Source of the DNA: Candidatus Micrarchaeota archaeon
GTDB lineage: Archaea > Micrarchaeota > Micrarchaeia > Anstonellales > Bilamarchaeaceae
Length of the DNA: 64,000 nt
Assembly: GCA_043821365.1 (NCBI GenBank)
Contig: JBDRCX010000006.1
Location: 256,001-320,000, forward strand
Direction of reading: 5' to 3'
This document shows, in pieces, positions 8,424-18,596 of the stretch. Every line of letters begins with the position of its first letter. The stretch's first letter is position 1. A program made the translations under genes and the position numbers. The notes under the pieces were generated by a model. The model was not told where the DNA came from. It did no database searches and saw nothing but the letters and a program-made list of their open reading frames with translations.

Positions 8424-11400
8424 ATGGCACGAACATTGGTTCTATCGATATTATTTATTCTCTTATCTATTTCTTTTGCTTCGTTTTCTCGTCCTTGGTT
8501 AGATGAAAATTGGGTTGATTCCAATCCAAATATATGGACTTATGGGATGGAATACTGGTGGAATCTTCCAGAATTTGACAAAACAATAAATTCTATTGAT
8601 TTTGATCAACTCCCCAACCTACAAAATTATCCAAAAATAAAAAATTATATTGAACAAACTAAAAATTACGGAGAGACAAGCCAGAAAAACATGAATGATT
8701 GTATCTTTGAAGTAATAGTTGCAGTTGGAAGCTTTTCTCCATCAGCAACTTTTTTTTCTGCGTTTGCAAATTCTTCTGATTGCCGTACTTACAAAAAAAA
8801 CTGGGTAAAATCAGTTGATTATGCCCTTCTTGCATTAGAAGAAAGCGATTCAGCAGCCAAGAAGGCCATATCCTCTGCAAGGGCGTCATACGAAAATATC
8901 AAATTTCTTGGTTTGTGTGATAAAGATTATTCTGATTTTGGAAGTGATAATTGCAATAACATCTCCATCATATTTACAATTATTGACAATAATCTTTCTG
9001 AGGGGACATATGGTCAGTATCCCATGTTTTTACAATATCATGATCAAGTACAAGAAGAACTACTAGAACCAACTCCAGATCTGTCTCTTTCCGATTCTAT
9101 GCTTTATCTAATTTTTGGAGATAATGGTACACTCGATGTTTTTGAGAAACTAAAAAATTCCTCTGATAAACTTACTGCTGATGCAGAAAAAGAATTTCAA
9201 TTCAGACTACAGAAGATTTCAATTCAAAAGTCTCAAACAGAACAAAGAATATCCGAACTAAAAAAGGCGGATTTTGGGCTTATAACTGATGGCGTGAAAT
9301 CAAGTTCAACTACTTCGGTAGGTTCTATCTCAGAAATATTTTATGGTCTGGAAAAGGAATCTCAAGACCTAGGTCGAATATATTCAGAAACTATAGTTCA
9401 GCATGGTCATTCAACAGAGCAAAGCTATCTTTCAAATTCATTGTCGATGACAACCTCCATATCTACAAAGTATTCAGATCTCTTTTCTAAGTTAGAATTA
9501 TTGAAAGATGGTGCAGTGGAGGTGCTTTTACAAAAACAACAAGAAGCAGAGGAAGAAATTTCAAATACTGAAGACTTCTTCATGAAAATCGTGCCCAGTC
9601 CAGAAGGGTTGCAAATGTTAGAAACAGCAAAGGAAAAACTTGAAACTGGCAAATCTGCATCGACAGCAGGCACCGCATTTGTATTATATTCCAAATCAGC
9701 TGCTTTCGCTCGGTCTGCTAGAAATACTGGGAAATTCGAAGATCAAGTGCAAACTAATATTTTGATTACCAAATTGGAACACCTAATTCTTATGGCAGAA
9801 AAAGATGGGATCAATGTAGTTGATGAAAAAGAATCACTTACCCTATTAAAGTCGTTGGAGTTTCCACAAAAAGATCAGATCTTACTTGCTTCAATCGATA
9901 ACATTATCCTGAAAGCAAAGAGTAAATACGAAGCAAATCTGCTTATGATGAGGACAGAGATAAAAGAGAAAATTTCCCTAATTGGTCCGGTTGTTGGTTT
10001 AATTTCTAAAGATATGGAAGATTATGAATTTGGTTTAATCAAAGATGATGAAATTATTTTTCCAGATGCTATTGGTTCATTAAAAAAACTTAAATTAAAT
10101 TATGAGAGTGTAGAGTTGGCTCTTGATGAATATACTAGTGTGCTAGTTTCAAATTCAATGACCACAAAAACATCTCCTATTTTCGGACAGGTTTGGTTTG
10201 ATAAACCAACAGATGTTTTCCTCGATATTGTACTAGTGAATGGGCCGTACTCCGCATCTAATGTCAAGGTGCAAGTAGATATTGGTTCGAAAATACCTTT
10301 TTTCTATTCAGATATTGTAACTGGCAAAGACGAAGTTACGAGTTTGTTTGATACTGGAAACCAATTATTCTTTGTTTTGAAAAATGTTGAACCATTTGAT
10401 ATCAAAAGAATAACTCTGCAAAAATCATTGATTATATCACATATCCTCTCCAATGAACATACTGCCGAAGGGGTCGGAAATGGTCTTGTAAGAATTTACG
10501 ATAAAATAAATTTTGAACTTGATTATCAAGTTTCGAAGATTGAAGTTCCTTATGTTATGGAAAATTGTATGATTGATGACCTACCAAATCCCACTTTACT
10601 TTCTACGGGAAAACATGAACTTAGGTGTGAGAAAACAATCTATGGGTATGACCAACAAATAACAAACATTAAAACCAGCATGTCTGGTACAAAAACAAAA
10701 ATTGAATATGAAATAACTATATCGTCAGATTTTGATCTTTCAACATTACTTGTACAAATTGATAATACTACAGGTTCTCAAATTTCATCTTTACAAGCAG
10801 TTGTTTCTGGTGCAACCCTCAAAGAGAAAAAAAATTCTGGTTCACAAGTATCTGTTGTTATTTCAGATGTTAAAAAGGACCAGACAACAACCATGTACCT
10901 TAGTTATCTTGTTGATGATCCAGAAAACTATATCATGGAAAAAATAAACCAGATCCCCAACAATAATCAATCTGAAGTAGAAGACCTTTTGGAAAGTGCA
11001 AAAGAACAATCTGTACTTGGTAATTATGAAAATGCTCTAAAACTTGTTGAGGAAGCAAAAACGACCTCTAATGAATATACAAAACAACAAACAAAATTGG
11101 AAACAAAATATGGTGATCTTAGCAAAAAAGCAACAAATGAAATAAATCTGATTGAAAAAACACTGCCTGATTTTGATGTTAATACCAGTGTATACGAAAA
11201 ACTCAAGACACGAATGTTGGAAATGGAAAAAGTTTTGGAAGATAATTCCACTATGGAGGATAAACTAACATTATTAGAAAGTTTTGATTTCAATTGGCTT
11301 TCAAAAGAGGTAACTTCTTTCAAGAAAGAAGCTTATAAAGAGTTCAATAACCTCAAAGAACGTTTTTATCGTACTGGCAACTTTTCCACCCCACCAGAAT

Positions 11401-12101
11401 TTCTTGCTCTTGAAAATGCAATCATTCAACTTGAAACAACCGGACAAGTTGAATATCTAAGTGACGTTTCAAATGCTTTAGAAAATGCGAAGTTTCTGGT
11501 TGAGAATGAAGAACTGGCTTACAAAAAGTCTCAGGATTCTATAGTTGATTCTTTCAGTCTTATCAAATCCAACATTCTCCATCTCCTAGATTCATATAAT
11601 ACTCAAGCATCAGCTGCAAAAGGCACAGAATATAGTAATTTATTTACTGAAAGCGGAACCAAATTGGTAAAACTTTTGGATGATGCAGAGAAACTCATTG
11701 GAAAAGATGTGGGTCAATTCACATTAAAATTAGACGAAATAACTAAATCCGAAGACAAAATGCAGTTTATTTTGGAGTCATTAAAAGAGGAAACAGAGAC
11801 TAAGATTCTAACTATAAGCTCATTACTAGCTAGCAGACAATTCGATCAGTCAAAAAAACCGGATTTAGAAACAAAATTCCAATCGATGCAAGATCTGGCA
11901 AGTAAGGGGGATTACGTAAACGCTCTTCGTGCTGGCAATATCATTTTGGGGGAATTCGAAGTTAAGGATCCAGAACCAAACAATATTCTTCTATTTAGTG
12001 TTACTGCATTAGCAATTCTTAGTGGTGCTGGTTTTTATCTACTAAACCAGAACAAACCCAAGGAGTTGAAGAAACTTCCAACTGCAGACGAAGCAATTTA
12101 A
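8424..12101 (+). CDS. Large secreted, membrane-anchored surface protein (1225 aa), hypothetical
   Basis: Signal peptide, helical/coiled-coil regions flanking a beta-rich middle, C-terminal TM helix; GGGGGA RBS. Confidence 0.7.
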   Translation: MARTLVLSILFILLSISFASFSRPWLDENWVDSNPNIWTYGMEYWWNLPEFDKTINSIDFDQLPNLQNYPKIKNYIEQTKNYGETSQKNMNDCIFEVIVAVGSFSPSATFFSAFANSSDCRTYKKNWVKSVDYALLALEESDSAAKKAISSARASYENIKFLGLCDKDYSDFGSDNCNNISIIFTIIDNNLSEGTYGQYPMFLQYHDQVQEELLEPTPDLSLSDSMLYLIFGDNGTLDVFEKLKNSSDKLTADAEKEFQFRLQKISIQKSQTEQRISELKKADFGLITDGVKSSSTTSVGSISEIFYGLEKESQDLGRIYSETIVQHGHSTEQSYLSNSLSMTTSISTKYSDLFSKLELLKDGAVEVLLQKQQEAEEEISNTEDFFMKIVPSPEGLQMLETAKEKLETGKSASTAGTAFVLYSKSAAFARSARNTGKFEDQVQTNILITKLEHLILMAEKDGINVVDEKESLTLLKSLEFPQKDQILLASIDNIILKAKSKYEANLLMMRTEIKEKISLIGPVVGLISKDMEDYEFGLIKDDEIIFPDAIGSLKKLKLNYESVELALDEYTSVLVSNSMTTKTSPIFGQVWFDKPTDVFLDIVLVNGPYSASNVKVQVDIGSKIPFFYSDIVTGKDEVTSLFDTGNQLFFVLKNVEPFDIKRITLQKSLIISHILSNEHTAEGVGNGLVRIYDKINFELDYQVSKIEVPYVMENCMIDDLPNPTLLSTGKHELRCEKTIYGYDQQITNIKTSMSGTKTKIEYEITISSDFDLSTLLVQIDNTTGSQISSLQAVVSGATLKEKKNSGSQVSVVISDVKKDQTTTMYLSYLVDDPENYIMEKINQIPNNNQSEVEDLLESAKEQSVLGNYENALKLVEEAKTTSNEYTKQQTKLETKYGDLSKKATNEINLIEKTLPDFDVNTSVYEKLKTRMLEMEKVLEDNSTMEDKLTLLESFDFNWLSKEVTSFKKEAYKEFNNLKERFYRTGNFSTPPEFLALENAIIQLETTGQVEYLSDVSNALENAKFLVENEELAYKKSQDSIVDSFSLIKSNILHLLDSYNTQASAAKGTEYSNLFTESGTKLVKLLDDAEKLIGKDVGQFTLKLDEITKSEDKMQFILESLKEETETKILTISSLLASRQFDQSKKPDLETKFQSMQDLASKGDYVNALRAGNIILGEFEVKDPEPNNILLFSVTALAILSGAGFYLLNQNKPKELKKLPTADEAI

Positions 12102-12108
12102 ACAGTTA

Positions 12109-13266
12109 ATGAAAGTATCTTTTATGGATATAATTGTCACACACCCATTTCTTCATCAGCGAGGGGGAGGGGAAAGGGTTGTTCTTGAGATTGCAAAAAA
12201 ATTTAATCCAACTATCTATTCAATAGTCTATGAACCAGATAAAACTTATTCTGAGTTTAAGGAATTTGATATTAAAATTTTACCAAAATCACTCTTAGAA
12301 AAACCATTTTTCTTCATGAAAGGTGATTCAAGGCGTTCAGATGCAGTTTCTGCTGGATTTAGATATTATTTAACGAAAATTAAAGATGATTATGATCTGA
12401 TAAACGCCCAAGGAGTGCCGAGCGAGTGGATTAGGAATAAAAATGAGAGAGTAAGTTGGTACTGCCATTCACCAAATCGAGAGGCTTTTGATCTATATAA
12501 ATTCAGAATGAGAGATTTGTCATTTCCAAGAAAAATTCTCAATGTTGGGCTTTTGTCTACATTTAAATTTGCAGAATATGGGGTTGTTCCAAAAATAGAA
12601 CAAATACTTACAAACTCAGAAATCACAAACAAAAGAATCAAAAAATATCTTCATCGTTCTGATGCAAGGATTATTCACCCTGGTGTTGATGTTGAACTTT
12701 TCACAAATGGATCTTATGATAACTATTTCTTTTATCCATCTAGAATCGTTCCTGAAAAAAGATTCGAATATGTAATTGAAGCATTTAAGCTGTTTTCTAA
12801 AAAACATAAAAATTGGAAGCTTGTTTTGGCTGGTTTTACACCAAAAAGGGAAAGAGAACAAAAATATCTTGAGAAATTGAAAAAATTATGTTATGGGCTA
12901 AATGTTGAGTTTAGAGTTGATATTGATGATAAAGAAATGAAAAAACTGTATGCGAACTGTTATGCGGTTCTTTTTTCTGCAATCAATGAAGACTGGGGGT
13001 TAATTCCGTTAGAAGCAATGTCAGCAGAAAAACCATGCATTTCTGTTAATGAAGGAGGCCCAACATATTCAATTGTTAATGGAGAAACTGGTTTTCTTGT
13101 AAATTCTGAAAAAGAAATGGCAGATAAAATGATTTATCTAGCTTCTAATTCAGATGAAAATGAAAAAATGGGCAAAGCAGGAAGAAAAAGAGTTCTGAAA
13201 AATTACACATGGAAAATATTTTTAGATAAAATTGAGAAAGAATTTAAGAAAGTTGTAAAATCATAA
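12109..13266 (+). CDS. Glycosyltransferase family 4 (GT-B)
   Basis: GGGERV, SRIVPEKR and EDWGLIPLEAM (EX7E) motifs. Confidence 0.9.
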   Translation: MKVSFMDIIVTHPFLHQRGGGERVVLEIAKKFNPTIYSIVYEPDKTYSEFKEFDIKILPKSLLEKPFFFMKGDSRRSDAVSAGFRYYLTKIKDDYDLINAQGVPSEWIRNKNERVSWYCHSPNREAFDLYKFRMRDLSFPRKILNVGLLSTFKFAEYGVVPKIEQILTNSEITNKRIKKYLHRSDARIIHPGVDVELFTNGSYDNYFFYPSRIVPEKRFEYVIEAFKLFSKKHKNWKLVLAGFTPKREREQKYLEKLKKLCYGLNVEFRVDIDDKEMKKLYANCYAVLFSAINEDWGLIPLEAMSAEKPCISVNEGGPTYSIVNGETGFLVNSEKEMADKMIYLASNSDENEKMGKAGRKRVLKNYTWKIFLDKIEKEFKKVVKS

Positions 13267-13271
13267 TAAAA

Positions 13272-14315
13272 TTATTTTACTTTGTCCCATACCTCCTCAT
13301 AAATCTTTTTACATTTCTTTGCCGCATTTTTCCAGGTGTATCTCTTTGCAATTTCCAATCCATTATTAGCAATTCTTTTCCTAAGTTTTTCATTTTCTAT
13401 CAGTTCTATTATTCTTTCTGACATTGCGAGAGAATTACCTGATTCTACTATTGCGATGTCCTCGTTTTTCAAATCATTAGCTATCCCTACACTTGTGGTC
13501 ACAAGTGCCTTCTTATTCGCCATAGCATCCAATATCGGCATACCAAATCCTTCATATCTAGATGGAACTACTGCCATACCGCATTCTCTATAAAGTGTTT
13601 GCAATTCTTCTTTTGTAATTTTACCAGTAAAATGTATTCCGTCCTCTTTTTTACTAATTACCACATTCATTTTTTCTTTTTCATCATCCCAAATAGGCTC
13701 ACCAGTTATGTATAATTCTACGTTTGGGCATCTTTTTCTTACTATTTTGAAAGCTTCGATTAGGTCTTCAGTGCCTTTCCTCCATAAGAAAGGACTTCCT
13801 ACTGCACATAGTATCTTAGTTGAATCTCCATATTGTGGCCTATAAACTTTTTGGACGCCACACGGGATTATGTCTATTCTTTTTTTCCCATACGCTTTCT
13901 CCAGGTCCATTGCAGCAATTTTGCTTAATGTAGTTACCCGCACTGCGCGTTTGTAACTAAATATCTCCTTTGTTATCAATATTTGTTTCCGTATCCAGCT
14001 GCATTTAGTTTTGGTAAAATCATAATGGTGTATGTGCTCGATGATTGGTTTATTTGGTACTAAAAAAGCCCCAGTGTTGAAGCTGTGGATTATGTCGATA
14101 TCCTTTACGCTTTGTAAACATTTTAACTGAAAATAAAGTCCTCTTCCTGGTACTTTTGGTATTTTTACTTTTACATCTCCTTCTTCTGATTCAGAACTTG
14201 TGATTAGTTTTATGTCTACTCCAAGATCTTCTAGTGCATGTTTTAAGTTATAAACATACACAGAACCTCCCAAAATGTTGGGCGGGTAAAATAGAGAAAC
14301 TATTCCTATTTGCAT
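13272..14315 (-). CDS. Glycosyltransferase family 4
   Basis: YPP..GG, RKG, PSRYEGFGMPILDAM motifs. Confidence 0.9.
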   Translation of the reverse strand: MQIGIVSLFYPPNILGGSVYVYNLKHALEDLGVDIKLITSSESEEGDVKVKIPKVPGRGLYFQLKCLQSVKDIDIIHSFNTGAFLVPNKPIIEHIHHYDFTKTKCSWIRKQILITKEIFSYKRAVRVTTLSKIAAMDLEKAYGKKRIDIIPCGVQKVYRPQYGDSTKILCAVGSPFLWRKGTEDLIEAFKIVRKRCPNVELYITGEPIWDDEKEKMNVVISKKEDGIHFTGKITKEELQTLYRECGMAVVPSRYEGFGMPILDAMANKKALVTTSVGIANDLKNEDIAIVESGNSLAMSERIIELIENEKLRKRIANNGLEIAKRYTWKNAAKKCKKIYEEVWDKVK

Positions 14316-14338
14316 AAAGTCACTCTAGTCCATTGGTT

Positions 14339-15376
14339 TTAACTTATTTTATATGTTTCTAAGGTTTTTTCTACACAATTTTTCCAAGTGAAATGTGCAA
14401 TGTGTTTTTTGTGTTCTGCAGTGAATGTAAATTTATTGTGATAATTTTTTTCTAGTGTTTTTGCCAAATCTTGCTCATCTGAAACTAACATGCAGAATTT
14501 TGTTACTTCAGAAGGGATTCTAGCGTTTTTTCTTACAATAACTGGGGTTTGGCATTTTTGTGCTTCTATGATGGGTAGTCCAAAACCTTCTAGTGTTGAA
14601 GGGAAGACAAAAACATCAAAACTATTGTATATTCTTACAAGATCATCGTCCTTTGCAAATCCTCTGAATTCCACATTCTTTATCCCAAGTTCTTTTGCAA
14701 GTTCCATGCATGGATTGTAGTGTGCACCAGTTCCATAAAGTATCAATTGTGCTTTAATTTTGTTTTGTTTTTCAAAAATAGCATACGCCCGCAATAAAAA
14801 AGGAACGTCTTTATTCCCCGCAAATCCGCCAACATAACCTATCGTAAATTCTTTCTTTTTAATCTTTAATTTTCTAAATCTGTCTGATACCCCAAGTGGT
14901 GTGACAATTATCTTATCTTCTGGTATTCCAAAATTCTCTATTATATCTTCTTTAGTTTGTGATGAAATTGATAGTAATAAATCAGAACTAATGATGGCTG
15001 TTTTTATCGAGTGTTTAATCATCCTAGACGAGAGACTGTTGTCAAAATAAAGTATTGGGTGTAGGTCGTATATTGTCGTCACAATCCTTTTCTTGTAAAT
15101 TTTTTTAAATAGTGGTATGACAAATCCCATCTGTGGAGCAGTTAAATGGTATACACAACTTTTTGTCGGTAACAGTAGTATCTTTAATGGAACAAAAAAG
15201 AAAAAATCAAATGCAGATTTAAGCCGTGACTTCCCCCATCTGAAAGAGTTTATTGTTCTAACAGTTATTCCTTTTTTCATTAGTTCTTTCACTAAGTTGA
15301 CTGAGTAACGTGCAATTCCATGTCCTACTCCCTCATCGAGGTAATGGGAGATTATTGTAATGTCCATTTTAACCAT
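14339..15376 (-). CDS. Glycosyltransferase family 4
   Basis: TIYDLHP and FPSTLEGFGLPIIEAQ motifs. Confidence 0.9.
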   Translation of the reverse strand: MVKMDITIISHYLDEGVGHGIARYSVNLVKELMKKGITVRTINSFRWGKSRLKSAFDFFFFVPLKILLLPTKSCVYHLTAPQMGFVIPLFKKIYKKRIVTTIYDLHPILYFDNSLSSRMIKHSIKTAIISSDLLLSISSQTKEDIIENFGIPEDKIIVTPLGVSDRFRKLKIKKKEFTIGYVGGFAGNKDVPFLLRAYAIFEKQNKIKAQLILYGTGAHYNPCMELAKELGIKNVEFRGFAKDDDLVRIYNSFDVFVFPSTLEGFGLPIIEAQKCQTPVIVRKNARIPSEVTKFCMLVSDEQDLAKTLEKNYHNKFTFTAEHKKHIAHFTWKNCVEKTLETYKIS

Positions 15377-15391
15377 GTTTTAATCTTGTAA

Positions 15392-16549
15392 TCAAAGCTT
15401 TATGTTCTTATAAAATTCAACACCATCTTTTATTATGTCTAAGATTGATTTTGTTGGCTGCCATCCAGTTTTCTCAACAAATTTTGTGTTGTCTCCTATG
15501 AATCCATCAAACAACACATTGCCTCTTTCATATGGTCTTATTCTTGAAGTATCAGTCATGAGCTTTACTTTTTCTTCAAGTCCATTTGTTTTGATGGCTA
15601 ATCTTGCATAATCACCCATTCTTATTCCAACACCTGAACAAATATTGTATGGTTCTCCCTTGTTGCATTTTTCTATGGCCATTATCTGTGCTACTGCACT
15701 TTCGTGTACATGGGTCATGTCTCTAACTGAATTTGGATTTCCGATAATTAACTCTGTTTTTTTGTTATTTAGACATTCAGCAATCTGTGAGGCAACTACT
15801 GCGGTAAAGAATTGTAATCCTCTTCTTGGCCCCTCTTGGTTAAACGTCCTAGTGATAACTGTTGGCACTCGGTACATAAAATAGTATGATCTCCCAATGT
15901 AATCAGTGAATACTTTGGTTGCAGCATAAGTTGAAGTCGGCCTTAGTTCGTGCGTTTCTTTTACTGGAACCTCATCTACGTTATCTATGAATCCATATTG
16001 TTCTGATGAACATGCGAGTTGTACTCCTTCTATCTCTTTTGCATATCTTTTTGTTGCCTCAAGGATATTCACAGTGCTAACACAGTTATTCTCTGTTACG
16101 TGAGCTGGTTGGTCTATACTTGTTGGAACAAATGATTCAGCTGCCTGGTGGAATATTGCATGTGGTTGCACTTCATTTATGACGTTCGATGTCATGTTAT
16201 AATCTCTGAGGTCAACCTCAAATGTTTTTAATTTCCCAGAATTCATGTGTTTTTGGATATATGGGTGGTATGCAATTGCATGCCTTCTTACAATGCCAAA
16301 TAATATTGCACCTGCATCAATTAGTTCATCTGCTATGGTACTTCCAACCATCCCAGAAATTCCAGTAATCAATACTCGTTTACCTTCCCAATGTTTTTTT
16401 GATATTTCTGGTTTTTTGTTATTTTTTAATTTATTTAAATATTTTTCAAACAATTCGTGATTTTTCGTATCTATCAAATATCCTTCTTTTACAAGTTCTT
16501 GCAATGTTTCTGTTGTGTTTTCAAATTTTTCAGTTGGTTCCAATGTCAT
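15392..16549 (-). CDS. GDP-mannose 4,6-dehydratase-like extended SDR
   Basis: LITGISGMVGS, HQAAESFV, SSEQYG, YAATK, GNPNSVRD motifs; about 55-aa N-terminal extension. Confidence 0.85.
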   Translation of the reverse strand: MTLEPTEKFENTTETLQELVKEGYLIDTKNHELFEKYLNKLKNNKKPEISKKHWEGKRVLITGISGMVGSTIADELIDAGAILFGIVRRHAIAYHPYIQKHMNSGKLKTFEVDLRDYNMTSNVINEVQPHAIFHQAAESFVPTSIDQPAHVTENNCVSTVNILEATKRYAKEIEGVQLACSSEQYGFIDNVDEVPVKETHELRPTSTYAATKVFTDYIGRSYYFMYRVPTVITRTFNQEGPRRGLQFFTAVVASQIAECLNNKKTELIIGNPNSVRDMTHVHESAVAQIMAIEKCNKGEPYNICSGVGIRMGDYARLAIKTNGLEEKVKLMTDTSRIRPYERGNVLFDGFIGDNTKFVEKTGWQPTKSILDIIKDGVEFYKNIKL

Positions 16550-16672
16550 AATATATCCCTCAATATAATCCTACTAGTAGGTTTTCATAAACCTATTATA
16601 TTTTACCTCTTTTAAGTATGTCCTTCCATTAGTTTTTTATAATCTGCTTTACTTTATTACTAACTGGTTTTT

Positions 16673-17578
16673 ATGAAGTTTCTTGTTACTGGAGGAGCCG
16701 GGTTTATTGGTTCTAATCTTGTTGAAAGGTTAGTTAAAGAAGGGCACGAAGTCACTGTTCTTGATAATCTACATACTGGTAGTGAAACAAATCTATCTTC
16801 TGTTAAAGACAAAATCAAGTTCATTAATGGAAACGCAAGTAAAATTTCTGAAATTAATGAAAAATTCGATGGTATTTTTCATAATGGTATATACTCATCT
16901 TCACCAATGTACCGAGATGATCTAAGGCTCATTGCACAAGTAATAGATGAATTTATTTCAATACTTGAATATGCAAGAAAACACAATACAAAAGTTGTTT
17001 TCGCATCATCATCTTCTGTTTATAGCGGTCTGATGCCTCCACACAAAGAAGATATGCAAATTAAGGTTACTGATTTTTATACCGAAGCCCGACTTCCTTT
17101 AGAACGATTGGCTGAACTTTACAATAAATTATATGGGACAAAAGTCATCGGATTGAGGTATTTTTCAGTTTATGGCCCACATGAGGAAAGCAAGGGTCAG
17201 TATGCCAATCTAATCACACAATTTTTATGGGCAATGAAAAAAAACGAAGCGCCTGTTATTTTTGGCGACGGCAACCAAAAAAGAGATTTTACATATGTTG
17301 GTGATGTTGTTGAAGCTAATCTTCTTTCTATGAATTCAAAAGTTGATTTTGGAATATTTAATGTTGGTACTGGTGCAACTTATACACTAAATGATATGTG
17401 CAAACTTCTATCAAAGAAAATGTCTAAGGACATCAAACCTACATACGTTCCAAACCCAATCAAAAATTATGTTCAGTATACTCAGGCAGACACCACAAAA
17501 GCAGAAAATATACTTGGTTTCAAAGCAAAACTAACACTTGAAACTGGGATTGAAAAACTTTTAGTTCATTATGGCTGA
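16673..17578 (+). CDS. NAD-dependent nucleotide-sugar epimerase/dehydratase
   Basis: VTGGAGFIGS, FASSSSVY, LRYFSVYGP, RDFTYVGDVV motifs. Confidence 0.9.
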   Translation: MKFLVTGGAGFIGSNLVERLVKEGHEVTVLDNLHTGSETNLSSVKDKIKFINGNASKISEINEKFDGIFHNGIYSSSPMYRDDLRLIAQVIDEFISILEYARKHNTKVVFASSSSVYSGLMPPHKEDMQIKVTDFYTEARLPLERLAELYNKLYGTKVIGLRYFSVYGPHEESKGQYANLITQFLWAMKKNEAPVIFGDGNQKRDFTYVGDVVEANLLSMNSKVDFGIFNVGTGATYTLNDMCKLLSKKMSKDIKPTYVPNPIKNYVQYTQADTTKAENILGFKAKLTLETGIEKLLVHYG

Positions 17579-17583
17579 AAACC

Positions 17584-18561
17584 ATGAAAATTCTTTTTAG
17601 GGTTGATGGCAACCAAAATATTGCCAGGTGTCTTGCTCTAGCTTCTGGTCTGAAAGAAACTGAACCTATCTCTGAAATTTTATTCTGTGGTTCAAATTCA
17701 ATAAAAGACCAAGTATTAGCAAATAATTTCAGTTACAAAGAACTTGGTTCTCCTTTTGAAATTGGTATGGAAGATCTTGAAGCTATAATCGAACAAGAGC
17801 AAATACAAATTCTTATAATTGATTTCAAACGTATCACTGAAAATCATATAAATCACCTTTCAAAAAAAGTTTTGTTAGTTGTTTTTGATGATGGTTCAGT
17901 TGTTCATTGCAACGCCAAAATTCTGGTTAATCCAAATATTTATGCACACCTAATCAGATATACCATGGGAGATGAAACTGAACTTTTACTAGGTACGGAA
18001 TTCTATCCGTTATTAAGCGAATTTGACCAACATGAAGATTTCGAGAGGACAATATCAGATTCAGTAAAACACATACTCATTGATCTTGAAGATGACGGGG
18101 CGATTACTGTCCAGATAATTCAAATTCTAAAAGATCTAAAAGACCATTTCTCAGTTACTATTGTTACTGGTAAAAATTTCATTAAAGGTGAAGACCTTGC
18201 TAAACTTATTGGTTTGGATGGTCGTTTCATAGTTCTCCAGGATCCCGATCCCATAAAGAGATTTTCAATTGCAGATATTGCAATAACCAACCAGAACTGG
18301 TTTAATGAAATTATGTTTTTTCGATTGCCTTCATTGGTTATCGGACCAAAGTCAAATCTCCTTGATTATATTGGAAAGAATGAACTTGCTTTGACTTTGA
18401 TGGGAACACCAAACAACGATGAGATGCGATCTGTAGTCTTTACTCTTTTCAAAGACAAAAACACACGTGAAAATATTTCGAAAAGACTTTTTGAATTAAT
18501 TGATAATCTAGGAAGATTCAGGTTAGCAAACGAAATCCTAGAGTCATATAAATCAATTTAA
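17584..18561 (+). CDS. PseG/SpsG-like GT-B fold protein, degenerate
   Basis: MKILFRVDG...ARCLALA start and FDD, LVNPN, LLGTEF motifs resemble PseG/SpsG, but the GxGH motif is missing. Confidence 0.6.
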   Translation: MKILFRVDGNQNIARCLALASGLKETEPISEILFCGSNSIKDQVLANNFSYKELGSPFEIGMEDLEAIIEQEQIQILIIDFKRITENHINHLSKKVLLVVFDDGSVVHCNAKILVNPNIYAHLIRYTMGDETELLLGTEFYPLLSEFDQHEDFERTISDSVKHILIDLEDDGAITVQIIQILKDLKDHFSVTIVTGKNFIKGEDLAKLIGLDGRFIVLQDPDPIKRFSIADIAITNQNWFNEIMFFRLPSLVIGPKSNLLDYIGKNELALTLMGTPNNDEMRSVVFTLFKDKNTRENISKRLFELIDNLGRFRLANEILESYKSI

Positions 18562-18596
18562 ACTAATTATATGTTTATTTCAGTGATAGTGTTTCT

